Assembly: GCA_040755995.1 (NCBI GenBank)
Contig: JBFMAF010000013.1
Location: forward strand, 64,757 to 128,756
Source: Acidobacteriota bacterium
Lineage (GTDB): Bacteria; Acidobacteriota; CAIWXX01
Reading direction: 5' to 3'
DNA: 64,000 nt
Of the stretch, positions 10,043 to 19,116 are shown one piece after another; the stretch's first letter is position 1; each line of letters opens with the position of its first letter. The position numbers and the translations under genes were made by a program. A model generated the notes under the pieces. The model was not told where the DNA came from, ran no database searches, and saw only the letters and a program-made list of their open reading frames with translations.

Positions 10043-10630
10043 TCAGCCAGACGCGTCCCCCAGGAGCCCCGCCTCAGCCGTCTTCGCCCAGTCCCCCATG
10101 CTCCGCAAACTCGCAGACGCGGAGACGAGGGGACACGGAGACGCTACGATTGCGGCTCAGTAGGGGAGCAGAGGGAGACGCGCAGGGTTGACGCGGAGAC
10201 CGGCGCGGCGACGGTTTCACGTGATAGCACAATAGTGTTCTACTGCAAGATACAGTGTCGGCAATCACGGAAATGACCCTGTCATCTGCACTCATGTCGG
10301 CGCCTTCCGCTTGTGGCACGGCGGCATTATGCCGCGCACACCCGACCGCGGATCGAGTGGATACTCACAGATGGCGGATGCACCGGAGCTTCGAAGATTC
10401 GCCGATTCGCCGAGAGTACCAACGCTCTTCGAAAGACCATCAAGAGCCTTCTCAAGATCGAGCCTGCCATGACTGCCGCTCCTTTCTGCGCAGTGCCAGA
10501 TACTCAGCGAGTGACATGATATCTGCAAGTCAGGGGAAGGTCTACGCAGGAAGATCGAGACTCTCGTCCAGTATCCTCTGCTCCAAGACCACACACGTGC
10601 GTCTGGACGCCGAGACGGTGCTGATGCGCC

Positions 10631-11092
10631 TCAGTACGGGAGGACAGGAAGGCGCGCGGGGTTGACGCGGAGGCCGGCGCGGGCGGCAAGTACCCGCTGC
10701 CTTCGATCGAACGAGTAGAACCGATCCGCGCCGAGCAGCAGGGCGCATGCTACGTGAAGGACGTCGAGGCTGCGGGCCAGACACTCTGAAGCGTGCCTGG
10801 CAGAAAGCTCCTCGGCCCGATGGAATACCTCCGGCCAGTCCGAAGACATGCGCAGCAGCCGGCCCTGAGCGATGTCGCGATCGACTCGCCCGAAAACGCG
10901 CGCAACCTGATCTGACGACAGCTCGCCACGGCCCTGCTTCAGTCGGCACGCATTTCTGATCTCGAGCTCGTGCAGACGCGTCAGAATGAGCGGGTGTTTC
11001 TGCCGCTGGACGAGCTTCGCTGCCGCCGCCGAGTCTGCCTCTGGGACGTAGATCTTGATGATGACGGCGGAATCGAAATATGCGAGCCTCAA
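10631..11092 (-). CDS. vapC: Type II toxin VapC (PIN-domain ribonuclease).
   Basis: PIN-domain N-terminus (YFDSAVIIKIYVPE) with acidic residues. The likely TTG start overlaps the antitoxin stop (TTGA). The longer annotated ORF has no supported start. Confidence 0.65.
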   Translation of the reverse strand: MRLAYFDSAVIIKIYVPEADSAAAAKLVQRQKHPLILTRLHELEIRNACRLKQGRGELSSDQVARVFGRVDRDIAQGRLLRMSSDWPEVFHRAEELSARHASECLARSLDVLHVACALLLGADRFYSFDRRQRVLAARAGLRVNPARLPVLPY

Positions 11093-11334
11093 CGGCCGCC
11101 TCGACCTTCCATCAGCAGGTGGCTCCCGGGCACCCCTGGCGGTATCCCCTCCGGGAAGTCCTCCTCCAATCGCGCCATCAGATTGGGCCAATGGATCCTC
11201 GGCAGGTCGAAATCGGGAGGAACGAGACGCGCAACCGCGCGCCCCCGGCGAGTGATCTCGACCGTCTCACCCGCTGTTACCCACTCGAGCACTTCGCTCA
11301 GGTGGTGCTGAACCTGTCGAATGGCTGCCGTCTT
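11089..11334 (-). CDS. vapB: Type II antitoxin, Phd/YefM or VapB-like.
   Basis: MKTAAIRQVQHHLSEVLEWVTAGETVEITRRGRAVARLVP is a classic antitoxin N-terminus. The gene sits immediately upstream of the toxin and overlaps it. Confidence 0.65.
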   Translation of the reverse strand, partial: KTAAIRQVQHHLSEVLEWVTAGETVEITRRGRAVARLVPPDFDLPRIHWPNLMARLEEDFPEGIPPGVPGSHLLMEGRGGR

Positions 11335-11344
11335 CATGTTAAAC

Positions 11345-11373
11345 ATTATGTCTAACAAATGTTCGCTTGTCAA
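11345..11373 (-). promoter_or_regulatory. Sigma70-like promoter for vapBC (-35 TTGACA, 17-nt spacer, -10 CATAAT), overlapped by a short inverted repeat (AACATT..N10..AATGTT). Candidate autoregulatory operator.
   Basis: Read on the minus strand: TTGACAagcgaacatttgttagaCATAATgtttaacATG. Confidence 0.45.
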
Positions 11374-11509
11374 GGTCGCAATCTCGCCGTGGATACCTGG
11401 ACAGATCTGATCCGGTGGACGGGCTCCTCGCCCTCAGCACCACCTCACCACCTTGACTCTGTCGGGTGCGCGGGGTATCTTGATCTAGTAGGTGCCACGG
11501 CGGACGGAA

Positions 11510-12370
11510 ATGATCATCGCCAATCCCATTTACGATTCGGTTTTCAAGTACTTGATGGAGGACAACCGCGTTGCGCGGCTGGTCATCTCGACCATCATTG
11601 GCGAGGAGGTCGTCGAGCTCGAGATGCGCCCGCAGGAACGGGCGGCCCGCCTTTCGGAAATGCCAGTCTCGGTCTTCCGGATCGACTTCGCTGCGATAGT
11701 GCGCACTACCGCCGGCGAGATGAAGAACGTTCTCATCGAGATCCAGAAGGCCAAGTACCTGGACGACATCATGCGGTTCAGGAAGTACCTGGGCGAGCAG
11801 TACATGAGACTCGACAACGTCCGCGGACCGGCCGGGCCTGTCACGATCGCGCTCCCGATCGTCGCGATATACATTCTCGGCTTCCAGCTGGACAACATCG
11901 AGGCGGAGGCCGTGCGGGTGAATCGGAGCTACTACGATGCGATAACTGGCGAAGAGCTGCACGTGAAGAACGAATTCATCGAGCGGCTCTCGCACGATGC
12001 GTATGTGATCCAGGTGCCGAGGCTGAAACCACGCCGGAGGAACCGGCTCGAAGCCCTGCTGAGCGTCTTCGACCAGCGGTACAGGAAGGAAAGCGACCGG
12101 TACGTGTTGGATCTGCAGGAGGAGCTGCCGCCGGAGATTGAGCCTGTGGTGAAGCGGCTTGAGCGCGCTGCGATGGACAGCGAGATTAGAGCCACTTTGG
12201 AGATGGCGGATGCATACGACGGGCTCATGAGCGGCATGGACCGGGCTCTGGCCGAAAAGGATGCGGCTCTGGCCGAGAAGGATGCGGCTCTGGCTGAAAA
12301 AGAGGCGGCTCTGGCCGAACAGGAGAGGCTTATCGCCGAACTCCGACGGAAACTGGGTGAATCTGAATAG
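11510..12370 (+). CDS. Rpn/YhgA-like (PD-(D/E)XK) recombination-promoting nuclease / putative transposase family protein with a C-terminal heptad tandem repeat.
   Basis: The N-terminal DSVFKYLMEDNRVARLVISTIIGEEVVELE matches the conserved D.xFKxLF...L..fLn start of this family. The C-terminus is ALAEKDA x4. Confidence 0.55.
   Translation: MIIANPIYDSVFKYLMEDNRVARLVISTIIGEEVVELEMRPQERAARLSEMPVSVFRIDFAAIVRTTAGEMKNVLIEIQKAKYLDDIMRFRKYLGEQYMRLDNVRGPAGPVTIALPIVAIYILGFQLDNIEAEAVRVNRSYYDAITGEELHVKNEFIERLSHDAYVIQVPRLKPRRRNRLEALLSVFDQRYRKESDRYVLDLQEELPPEIEPVVKRLERAAMDSEIRATLEMADAYDGLMSGMDRALAEKDAALAEKDAALAEKEAALAEQERLIAELRRKLGESE
12245..12328 (+). repeat. 4 x 21-bp in-frame tandem repeat (gctctggccgaRaaggatgcg) encoding (ALAEKDA)n.
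   Basis: Direct reading of the sequence. Confidence 0.8.
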
Positions 12371-12529
12371 GATTCGATAGACGATTCCAGATCGGACGAC
12401 GGTCTGCCAGGGTCAATTCTGCAGCACGAGATCGGGGGGCGGTCTATCAGTGCGCCCGGTATCAGGGCAAGCTACGGGAGCTCACCGCGACCTGCGTGAG
12501 ACAGCGCCGCCAGGGCGGCGTCCTCCCGG

Positions 12530-14107
12530 TCAGCCGAGGCGCTTGTTGGTGATGAAGTCGGAGATGAGCGAGGAGAGTTGGATGGGGTTGTCGGTCTTGA
12601 CTGGGAAGGTGAGGGCCAGCTCTTCGCTGTCGAGCACGAGGCTGAGGCGTGGCCGCGAAATTGATCCATCGCGTCCCGCCACAGTGATGCTCACGTTGCG
12701 GATTTCGGGGTAGGCGATCCGGCGGTTGTCGGACCCGTTCACGAAGACGATCGCGCGTTCAGCCAGGAAGAACGATCCTGCGAGCCTTCGCCCGCCGGCT
12801 TCGAGCTCGGCGGTCTCACCCCACCAGAAGCGTGGAGCCGCCCAGCCGACGAATACTCTTCCTTCGCCCTCGAGCATCGGGAATCGTTTCGTCATGCCGC
12901 TGGAAACCGGCTGGACTTTCAGCTTGCGGAGGCCGTCTTCAAGCGTGCGGGTGGCCAGGGTGTGTCTGCCGGCGAGCGGATAGCCGCAGATGGCGCAGCC
13001 GGCCGCATCGGCGTCATTGGTGCGCTGGCAGCGGGGGCAAGTCTGGGCGAGAAGGAAGCCGCAGAAGGAGCACCGGAGGGCGGCCGAGCCGAGTTGCAGG
13101 CACGATGGGCACTGCACCTTCTCCTCGCGTTCGGGCTCTGCGGCAGACCCGTCAAGCGTGCTTCCGCAGCGCGAACAGGCCGAGTCCTTCACCTTGACGA
13201 ATGCCTTGCACGACGGGCACTGCCGGTTTCGCTTCTTGCTCTTGGACTCCATGAAGCTGAAGTAGTGGAACAGCTCGCCCGTCTTCGTCATGTCCGTCGT
13301 CGCCTGCGAGACTTCGCTGAAGTCGATCTTCTGGCTGCGCATGCTGTGGCCGACGAGCAGCGCCAGGTCGGCGATCGAGCAGATGACGCGCGGGCACCCC
13401 TGGCTGAACCGGTAGATGCCCTCCACGGCTGTCGGGCTGAAGATGTCGCGGTTCGCCACACCCGCCACTCGCACTCGGAATCTGAGCAGCTCGCCCGTGT
13501 CCCTCAGGTCGAGGTTGCGCAGAAAGAAGCGCACCGGGAGCCTCTGCCAGAACTCGGGCATCTTCTTCACGGCGCCTTCGAGCGGCTTCTGGCCGGAGAA
13601 GATGAAGGACAGCAGGAATGTATCTGCCACGCAGAAGTTCAGCAGAATCCGCAGCTCCTGCAGCATCTCCGGGCGGTGCACGAGCATCTGTCCCTCGTCG
13701 ATAATGACGAGCGACTTGATGTCCGCCTCGTGCAGCTCCGTCAGCTTCCCGCGCAGGGCATTGAGGTTGTCGATCTTCTCCTTGCGCACGCGTGAGACGC
13801 CGAACTGCCGCGCAATCTCCGCGATCATCTGATTGACCGTGAGAGTGGGATGATCGATGAAGGCGATCCGGATCTTGCTCTCGTACTCGTCGGTCAACTC
13901 CTGGATCAGCTTGCGCAGGATCGACGTCTTGCCGTCACCCGCATTCTCGGAAATGAGCAGCACGCCGCCCTTGTTCGACACCACGCCGTACTTGAGCCGC
14001 ATGATGCCCTCCCTGTGCTGGCTGCTCAGAAAGAGCATCTCGGGATCCGGCGACAAAGAGAAAGGCTGCCGCTCGAAACCCCAATACTGAAGGTATTCCG
14101 GGAGCAT
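12530..14107 (-). CDS. ExeA/GspA-like AAA+ ATPase (AAA_22 type) fused to three tandem CxxC...CxxC zinc ribbons and a C-terminal PH/GRAM-like domain.
   Basis: The N-terminus (MLPEYLQYWGFERQPF...DPEMLFLSSQHREG...LISENAGDGKTSILRKL...VIIDEGQML) matches the ExeA/MshM P-loop family. Then come CPSCK..CSRCG, CPSCL..CSFCG and CPRCQ..CAICG. Start taken at the ATG at 14107 (M23 of the ORF). Confidence 0.6.
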   Translation of the reverse strand: MLPEYLQYWGFERQPFSLSPDPEMLFLSSQHREGIMRLKYGVVSNKGGVLLISENAGDGKTSILRKLIQELTDEYESKIRIAFIDHPTLTVNQMIAEIARQFGVSRVRKEKIDNLNALRGKLTELHEADIKSLVIIDEGQMLVHRPEMLQELRILLNFCVADTFLLSFIFSGQKPLEGAVKKMPEFWQRLPVRFFLRNLDLRDTGELLRFRVRVAGVANRDIFSPTAVEGIYRFSQGCPRVICSIADLALLVGHSMRSQKIDFSEVSQATTDMTKTGELFHYFSFMESKSKKRNRQCPSCKAFVKVKDSACSRCGSTLDGSAAEPEREEKVQCPSCLQLGSAALRCSFCGFLLAQTCPRCQRTNDADAAGCAICGYPLAGRHTLATRTLEDGLRKLKVQPVSSGMTKRFPMLEGEGRVFVGWAAPRFWWGETAELEAGGRRLAGSFFLAERAIVFVNGSDNRRIAYPEIRNVSITVAGRDGSISRPRLSLVLDSEELALTFPVKTDNPIQLSSLISDFITNKRLG

Positions 14108-14293
14108 CCCTACTTCTAATAATTTTCCGAAAACAAGCAACCGTATCTTAGCACAAAGCGGTGGCTGTGCCAAACGCGACTTGGGCGGGGGTGGGGGCGG
14201 GTCGTCCCGTGCCCCTTCCCGAACCTGTTCCCGACCGATCCATCTCAGCTGCGCGAACGGCTACGGGACGCCGTTCACGTCTGCGATCACGGC

Positions 14294-15640
14294 TCAGGCT
14301 CCAGGCTTGGACGCCGATTGAGTGCCGCTGCTCTGCGTCTGGCCGGCCGGCTGGCTCTGCGATGTTGGCTTGGCCTGCGCCGCCGGCTGGCTCTGGGGCG
14401 CCGGCTTGGCCTGCGCCGCGGGCTGGGCCTGGGCCGCAGGCTGCGTTTGTGGAGGTGGTGGAGGCTGCGTGACGTACGCGCCAAGTATGCCTTCACCTGT
14501 CTCCGCGTCGAACATAGGAACGTACAGCGTTCGATCGGACAGCAGCAGCCCGGCGCGGACTTCCGACGGGAGATCCAGCTTGCCCAGTCCATTGCCGTTG
14601 GACGGATCGAGGGCCAGGACCGTGTTGCTGAATGCCCCCACCAGGATCATCGTGTCGAACGCGAGCAGATCGTCGTACATGCGGGCCGGGATCGTCACTC
14701 GACTCACCCAGTTCCCGTTCGCTTTGAGGCTGTACATGCAGCCGTCAAACCCGGCCACGAAAATCCTTTCCGATCCCTTGACCTCCATCACGACGGGCGA
14801 ATTGACGATGTCGGCGTGAGTCATGACTCGCCAGCTGATGGTTCCCTTCGAGCGATCGATTGCATATATGAAATTGTCTGTGCTGTTCGCGATCACCAGC
14901 TCACGGGCGACCGCAGGCCGGCCGCGGATCTCGCCGCCGCACTTGGACTTCCACAAGAGCGTTCCGTCGTCGGAACGCAGACAGTACAAGCATCCATCCA
15001 GGGCTCCGAAGTAAGCCCTCTGGCCGTCAACCACCGGCGGGCTCATCACCTTGCCGTCAGCCGTAAACTTCCAGCTCATGCGATGGTCCCTCGTGGAATA
15101 GCATCTTATCTGGGAATCGCCGCTGGCGAAGTACAGGATGTCGCCGGCCATCGTTCCGGTGCTGACGGGCTTCCCGAACTTGAACTGCTTGTACAACGCC
15201 TCGCCTGTCTCCGCATTCAGCTCGTAGTACTCGTCCTCCACCGTGTAGACGATCAAGCGATCGGCCACCAGCAGCGGGTACGTGGCGAACGGCTTCATCG
15301 CCTTGAACTCCCACGCGGTCTTCCCGTCGGCCCGGTTGACCGCATAGCAGTATCCGTCGGCGGTCGTCATGTAGACCCTGTCCGAGTCGGTCACGGGTCT
15401 GCCGACGATCTTCCCGTGCCCGCGCCACTCCCATTTCGATATCAGAGGAAAGTCGATAGGGTAGGGGGATGCGGGTGGAGTCGAGGGTTGTTGAGCTTTC
15501 TTCGAGAGGAAGAAGCACCCAGGGAGGACCGCCAGCAGAGCTCCGGCGAGACACAGTCCCAGCGCGCCAGCACGGCTCCTGCGACCCGTCACGACCTCCG
15601 GTATCGCCGTGCCCCTGCCGGCCTCAGCTCGGGCGTCCAT
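14294..15640 (-). CDS. PQQ-like beta-propeller repeat lipoprotein (BamB-like) with a Pro/Gln/Ala-rich C-terminal tail.
   Basis: Lipobox LPGC. Repeated YAVNRADGKTAWEF, LYCLRSDDGTLLWK and IYAIDRSKGTISWR-type PQQ blades. The tail is QPAAQAQPAAQAKPAPQSQ. Confidence 0.6.
   Translation of the reverse strand: MDARAEAGRGTAIPEVVTGRRSRAGALGLCLAGALLAVLPGCFFLSKKAQQPSTPPASPYPIDFPLISKWEWRGHGKIVGRPVTDSDRVYMTTADGYCYAVNRADGKTAWEFKAMKPFATYPLLVADRLIVYTVEDEYYELNAETGEALYKQFKFGKPVSTGTMAGDILYFASGDSQIRCYSTRDHRMSWKFTADGKVMSPPVVDGQRAYFGALDGCLYCLRSDDGTLLWKSKCGGEIRGRPAVARELVIANSTDNFIYAIDRSKGTISWRVMTHADIVNSPVVMEVKGSERIFVAGFDGCMYSLKANGNWVSRVTIPARMYDDLLAFDTMILVGAFSNTVLALDPSNGNGLGKLDLPSEVRAGLLLSDRTLYVPMFDAETGEGILGAYVTQPPPPPQTQPAAQAQPAAQAKPAPQSQPAAQAKPTSQSQPAGQTQSSGTQSASKPGA
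14330..14450 (-). repeat. ~36-bp imperfect tandem repeats encoding the PAAQAQ low-complexity tail.
   Basis: ccggctggctctgcgatgttggcttggcctgcgccg is followed by a near-identical copy. Confidence 0.6.
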
Positions 15641-16019
15641 GCGGCCGCAGCGACTTCGCGATCAGCCCGACGCCGCCGGCAAGCAGCCCGAGCATGAGGA
15701 TGGTGTTGTAGAGGCTGGTGCGCTCGAAGTAGATGTCCATGTGCATCAGGACGCCCGCGACGATGATAGCGAAGCCCAGGACCGTAAGGACCCATCCAAC
15801 GACCGACTTGCCGTCGAAGAACAGCATGCCGATCCCGATCAGCAGCGGCACCAGCGAGAGCCCGAATGCGCTGACTCCCCAGAATCTCCAGTATGATGTC
15901 GTCACCTGAACCTGATTCAGAAACAGATACGCGCCTACTCCGGCCATCACGAGCCCGATGAAAAACTCGCCGACGCCTCCCGGCGTTCCGCCGGCTCCTC
16001 TTGTTTCCTTGTCGCTCAT
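15624..16019 (-). CDS. Small integral membrane protein (3-4 TM helices), unknown function.
   Basis: GGAGGAGGG RBS. Hydrophobic segments. Overlaps the downstream lipoprotein gene by 17 bp. Confidence 0.45.
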   Translation of the reverse strand: MSDKETRGAGGTPGGVGEFFIGLVMAGVGAYLFLNQVQVTTSYWRFWGVSAFGLSLVPLLIGIGMLFFDGKSVVGWVLTVLGFAIIVAGVLMHMDIYFERTSLYNTILMLGLLAGGVGLIAKSLRPHGRPS

Positions 16020-16268
16020 GTTGCTGCCCTCCTCCAACAATCCTCACCCCCTCCGGTGCGACAACCTCGATCCGCCGCCCGGGGATCGGCTCTTATTCTA
16101 TCAGTGTATCGACCGAGGTTCTACAATCACCTTGGGCTGGGAACCGCAATCCTGCGGCGTCTGTCGCAGGAAACGAGGCTACTTGCTTGTGCGGCTGAAA
16201 ACGGCCAATATTAGAGCCTCGGCGGGTCGACAGCGAAGACTGGACCGCCGTTGGAGAGGAGCTTGCGC

Positions 16269-17606
16269 ATGAGAAGATTCTGGCCGGCCATCGTGCTCCT
16301 GAACGCTGCGCTCGCGTTCGGGCAGCAGGGCCGCATCACGGTCCCATACACGAATATTGTTCTGCCCAACGGACTGAACGTGATCCTTCACGAGGACCAT
16401 TCGACTCCGATTGTGAGCGTGAATGTCTGGTATCACGTAGGGTCCGGCCGCGAGAAGCCGGGCCGCACAGGCTTCGCGCACCTGTTCGAGCACCTGATGT
16501 TCGAGGGATCGGGACACGTTCCCGAGGGGAAATTCGACGAATGGCTCGAAGCTGTCGGTGGGGAGAACAACGGATCCACGACCGAAGCGCGCACGAACTA
16601 CTTCGAGCTAGTGCCGAGCAACGCGATCGAGGTGGCGCTGTTCCTGGAGTCTGATCGTATGGGCTTCCTGCTCGACGCCATGTCCCCGGCGAAAGTCGAC
16701 GGCCAGCGCGACGTCGTGAAGAACGAGCGGCGGCAGTCCTATGAGAACAGACCGTACGGCACTGCGCCCCTCATCGTCGAGGAGAACCTCTTCCCGCCGG
16801 ACCACCCGTATCACTGGCCGGTGATCGGCTCGATGGAAGATCTCTCGGCTGCCTCGTACGAGGACGTTGTCGATTTCTTCAAGAAGTACTACGTTCCGTG
16901 CAATGCGAGTCTGGTGATTGCGGGGGATATCGACGCGGCCATGACCAGGGCGCTGGTGGAGAAATGGTTCAGCGATGTGCCGGCGGGGCCCGCAGTTCCG
17001 CCGCTGGGCGCCCCGGCTGCGTATCTCGATAAGGAGAAGCGTCTCACGCACGAGGACAAGGTGCAGCTGCCCAGGCTCTACATGTCCTGGCTGACGCCGG
17101 CTGGTTTGACGCCCGGAGACGCCGAGCTCGACGTTCTGGCAAACATTCTCGCAGGCAGCAAGAACGCACGGCTGTACAAGCGGCTGGTCTACGACATGCA
17201 GATCGCGCAGGATGTCAGGGTGTCGCAACAGTCCGCGCCGATTGCGTCGAGCTTCTGGATTGTGTCAACGGCGCGGAGCGGCCACACTCTCGAGGAGATC
17301 GAGAAGGTGATCAACGAAGAAGTCGCTCGCGTGAGAAACGAGCCTCCATCGGCCCGCGAGGTCCAGCGGGCGGTGAACCAGTTTGAAGCGGTCTTCCTGT
17401 CCCGATTGGAGTACGTGTCAGGCAAGGCCGACGCGCTGAACAACTACTTCACCAACACCGGCAACCCCGACTACTTCCACGAGGACATGGCCCGCTACCG
17501 CGCGTTGGAACCGACCGACATCCAGGCGACCGCATCGAGGTTCCTCCGAGATGACGCCCGCGTGGTCCTGAACGTCGTGCCGCAGGTCAAGAAGGAGGGT
17601 GAGTGA
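16269..17606 (+). CDS. Secreted M16-family zinc peptidase (pitrilysin-like), catalytic subunit.
   Basis: Inverted zincin motif HLFEHLMFEG. Signal peptide. GGAGAGGAG RBS. Confidence 0.75.
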   Translation: MRRFWPAIVLLNAALAFGQQGRITVPYTNIVLPNGLNVILHEDHSTPIVSVNVWYHVGSGREKPGRTGFAHLFEHLMFEGSGHVPEGKFDEWLEAVGGENNGSTTEARTNYFELVPSNAIEVALFLESDRMGFLLDAMSPAKVDGQRDVVKNERRQSYENRPYGTAPLIVEENLFPPDHPYHWPVIGSMEDLSAASYEDVVDFFKKYYVPCNASLVIAGDIDAAMTRALVEKWFSDVPAGPAVPPLGAPAAYLDKEKRLTHEDKVQLPRLYMSWLTPAGLTPGDAELDVLANILAGSKNARLYKRLVYDMQIAQDVRVSQQSAPIASSFWIVSTARSGHTLEEIEKVINEEVARVRNEPPSAREVQRAVNQFEAVFLSRLEYVSGKADALNNYFTNTGNPDYFHEDMARYRALEPTDIQATASRFLRDDARVVLNVVPQVKKEGE

Positions 17607-19108
17607 TGCGAATAGTCGTCGCGATCGCGCGCACACGGAGGATCAGCCGCCGTCTCCTTGAGCCCTGCCTGCTGCTCGCCCTTGCCAGCGCATTCCTGCA
17701 GGCCCAGGCCCCGGATCGAAGCGCCCCGCCTCGAGTCGGACCGCCGCCCGAGCTCAGGCTCCCGCCGCTCCAGCACCGCCGGCTATCCAACGCACTTCCC
17801 GTCGTCCTACTCGAGAAGCACCAGGTCCCGGTCGTCGAGATCGACGTTGTGGTCAAGGCCGGATCCGCCCTGGACCCCGCCGGCATGGCCGGACTGGCCA
17901 GCATGACGGCTGCGATGATGGACGAAGGGGCGGGCTCAATGGATGCGCTGCAGCTCGCGGATGCAATCGATTTCCTCGGCGCCAGGGTGTCGGTCTCCGC
18001 GGGGCTCCACCAGACCGTCGTCTCTCTCTCTACACCCCTCTCCAAGCTCGACGACGCGCTCCCACTGCTCGCCGACGTCCTGCTGCGCCCGACCTTTCCG
18101 GCCCGGGAGCTCGATCGCGAACGGAAGAACCGTTTGACGACACTACTGCAATGGCACGACGATCCGAGCGCTATCGCCTCGACGCTGCTCCGGCGCGTTC
18201 TCTACAGGCGCGACCATCCCTACGGTGTCTCGAGCATCGGAGACGAGCAGAGCCTCAAACGATTCCGGGTGGAGGACCTCCGGCGGTTCCACGAAATATC
18301 CTTCACGTCGAACAACGCCGAGATCATCGTGGTAGGCGACGTCGATGCGGCGGTGCTGCCGAAACTCGAGAAGGCATTCGGCCAGTGGAAGCCGGGCGCG
18401 GCGGCGACAGCGGGGAAGCTGCCCGAGATCAAACAGGTGACGCGGCGCGAGGTCTATCTCGTCGATCGACCTGGATCGGCACAATCCGAAATTCAGATTG
18501 GCCGCATCGGTGTCCAGCGGTTGTCGCAGGACTATTACGCGATCGAGGTCATGAACACCGTGCTTGGCGGATCGTTCACCTCTCGCCTCAATCAGAACCT
18601 TCGGGAGAAGCACGGGTTCAGCTACGGAGCCGGTTCGTACTTCGACTACAGGCCGCTGCCGGGCCCCTTCGTGGCGCTCAGCGCGGTGCAGACCGCGGTC
18701 ACCGACAAGGCGCTCGTCGAGATCATGAAGGAGCTGTCGGCGATTCGTAAGCCGCTGGGCGAGCAGGAGCTGGACCGGGCCAAGAACTACACCGCGCTGG
18801 GATTCCCCGCCGGCTTCCAGTCAGTGGCGCAGGTCGCGGCGCGAGTCGAGGAGCTTGTGACCTACGACCTGCCCGACACCTACTTCAACGACTATGTCGG
18901 CCGCATCCTTGCCGTCACGGGCGCGGACGTCGAACGGGTGGCCAGGAAATACGTAGACCCTTCCAAGGTGGCCATCGTCGTGGTCGGCGACCTGAAGGAG
19001 ATCGAGGCCGAGGTCCGTGCCCTGAACCTCGGGCTCGTCCACCGGATGACGATCGATGACGTGCTCGGCAAGGCGCCGGTAGTTGATGATACCGCCCCAC
19101 GCGAATGA
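17606..19108 (+). CDS. M16-family peptidase, non-catalytic partner (no HxxEH).
   Basis: M16-like length and context. Its start overlaps the upstream stop (TGATG). Signal peptide. Confidence 0.6.
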   Translation: MRIVVAIARTRRISRRLLEPCLLLALASAFLQAQAPDRSAPPRVGPPPELRLPPLQHRRLSNALPVVLLEKHQVPVVEIDVVVKAGSALDPAGMAGLASMTAAMMDEGAGSMDALQLADAIDFLGARVSVSAGLHQTVVSLSTPLSKLDDALPLLADVLLRPTFPARELDRERKNRLTTLLQWHDDPSAIASTLLRRVLYRRDHPYGVSSIGDEQSLKRFRVEDLRRFHEISFTSNNAEIIVVGDVDAAVLPKLEKAFGQWKPGAAATAGKLPEIKQVTRREVYLVDRPGSAQSEIQIGRIGVQRLSQDYYAIEVMNTVLGGSFTSRLNQNLREKHGFSYGAGSYFDYRPLPGPFVALSAVQTAVTDKALVEIMKELSAIRKPLGEQELDRAKNYTALGFPAGFQSVAQVAARVEELVTYDLPDTYFNDYVGRILAVTGADVERVARKYVDPSKVAIVVVGDLKEIEAEVRALNLGLVHRMTIDDVLGKAPVVDDTAPRE

Positions 19109-19116
19109 GGTGGACG

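Noticed and set aside
12371-12529. CGCCGC-CAGG-GCGGCG hairpin between the convergent Rpn and ATPase genes as a bidirectional terminator.
   Set aside because: The stem is short, with no flanking U/A tracts, so it is too weak to call.
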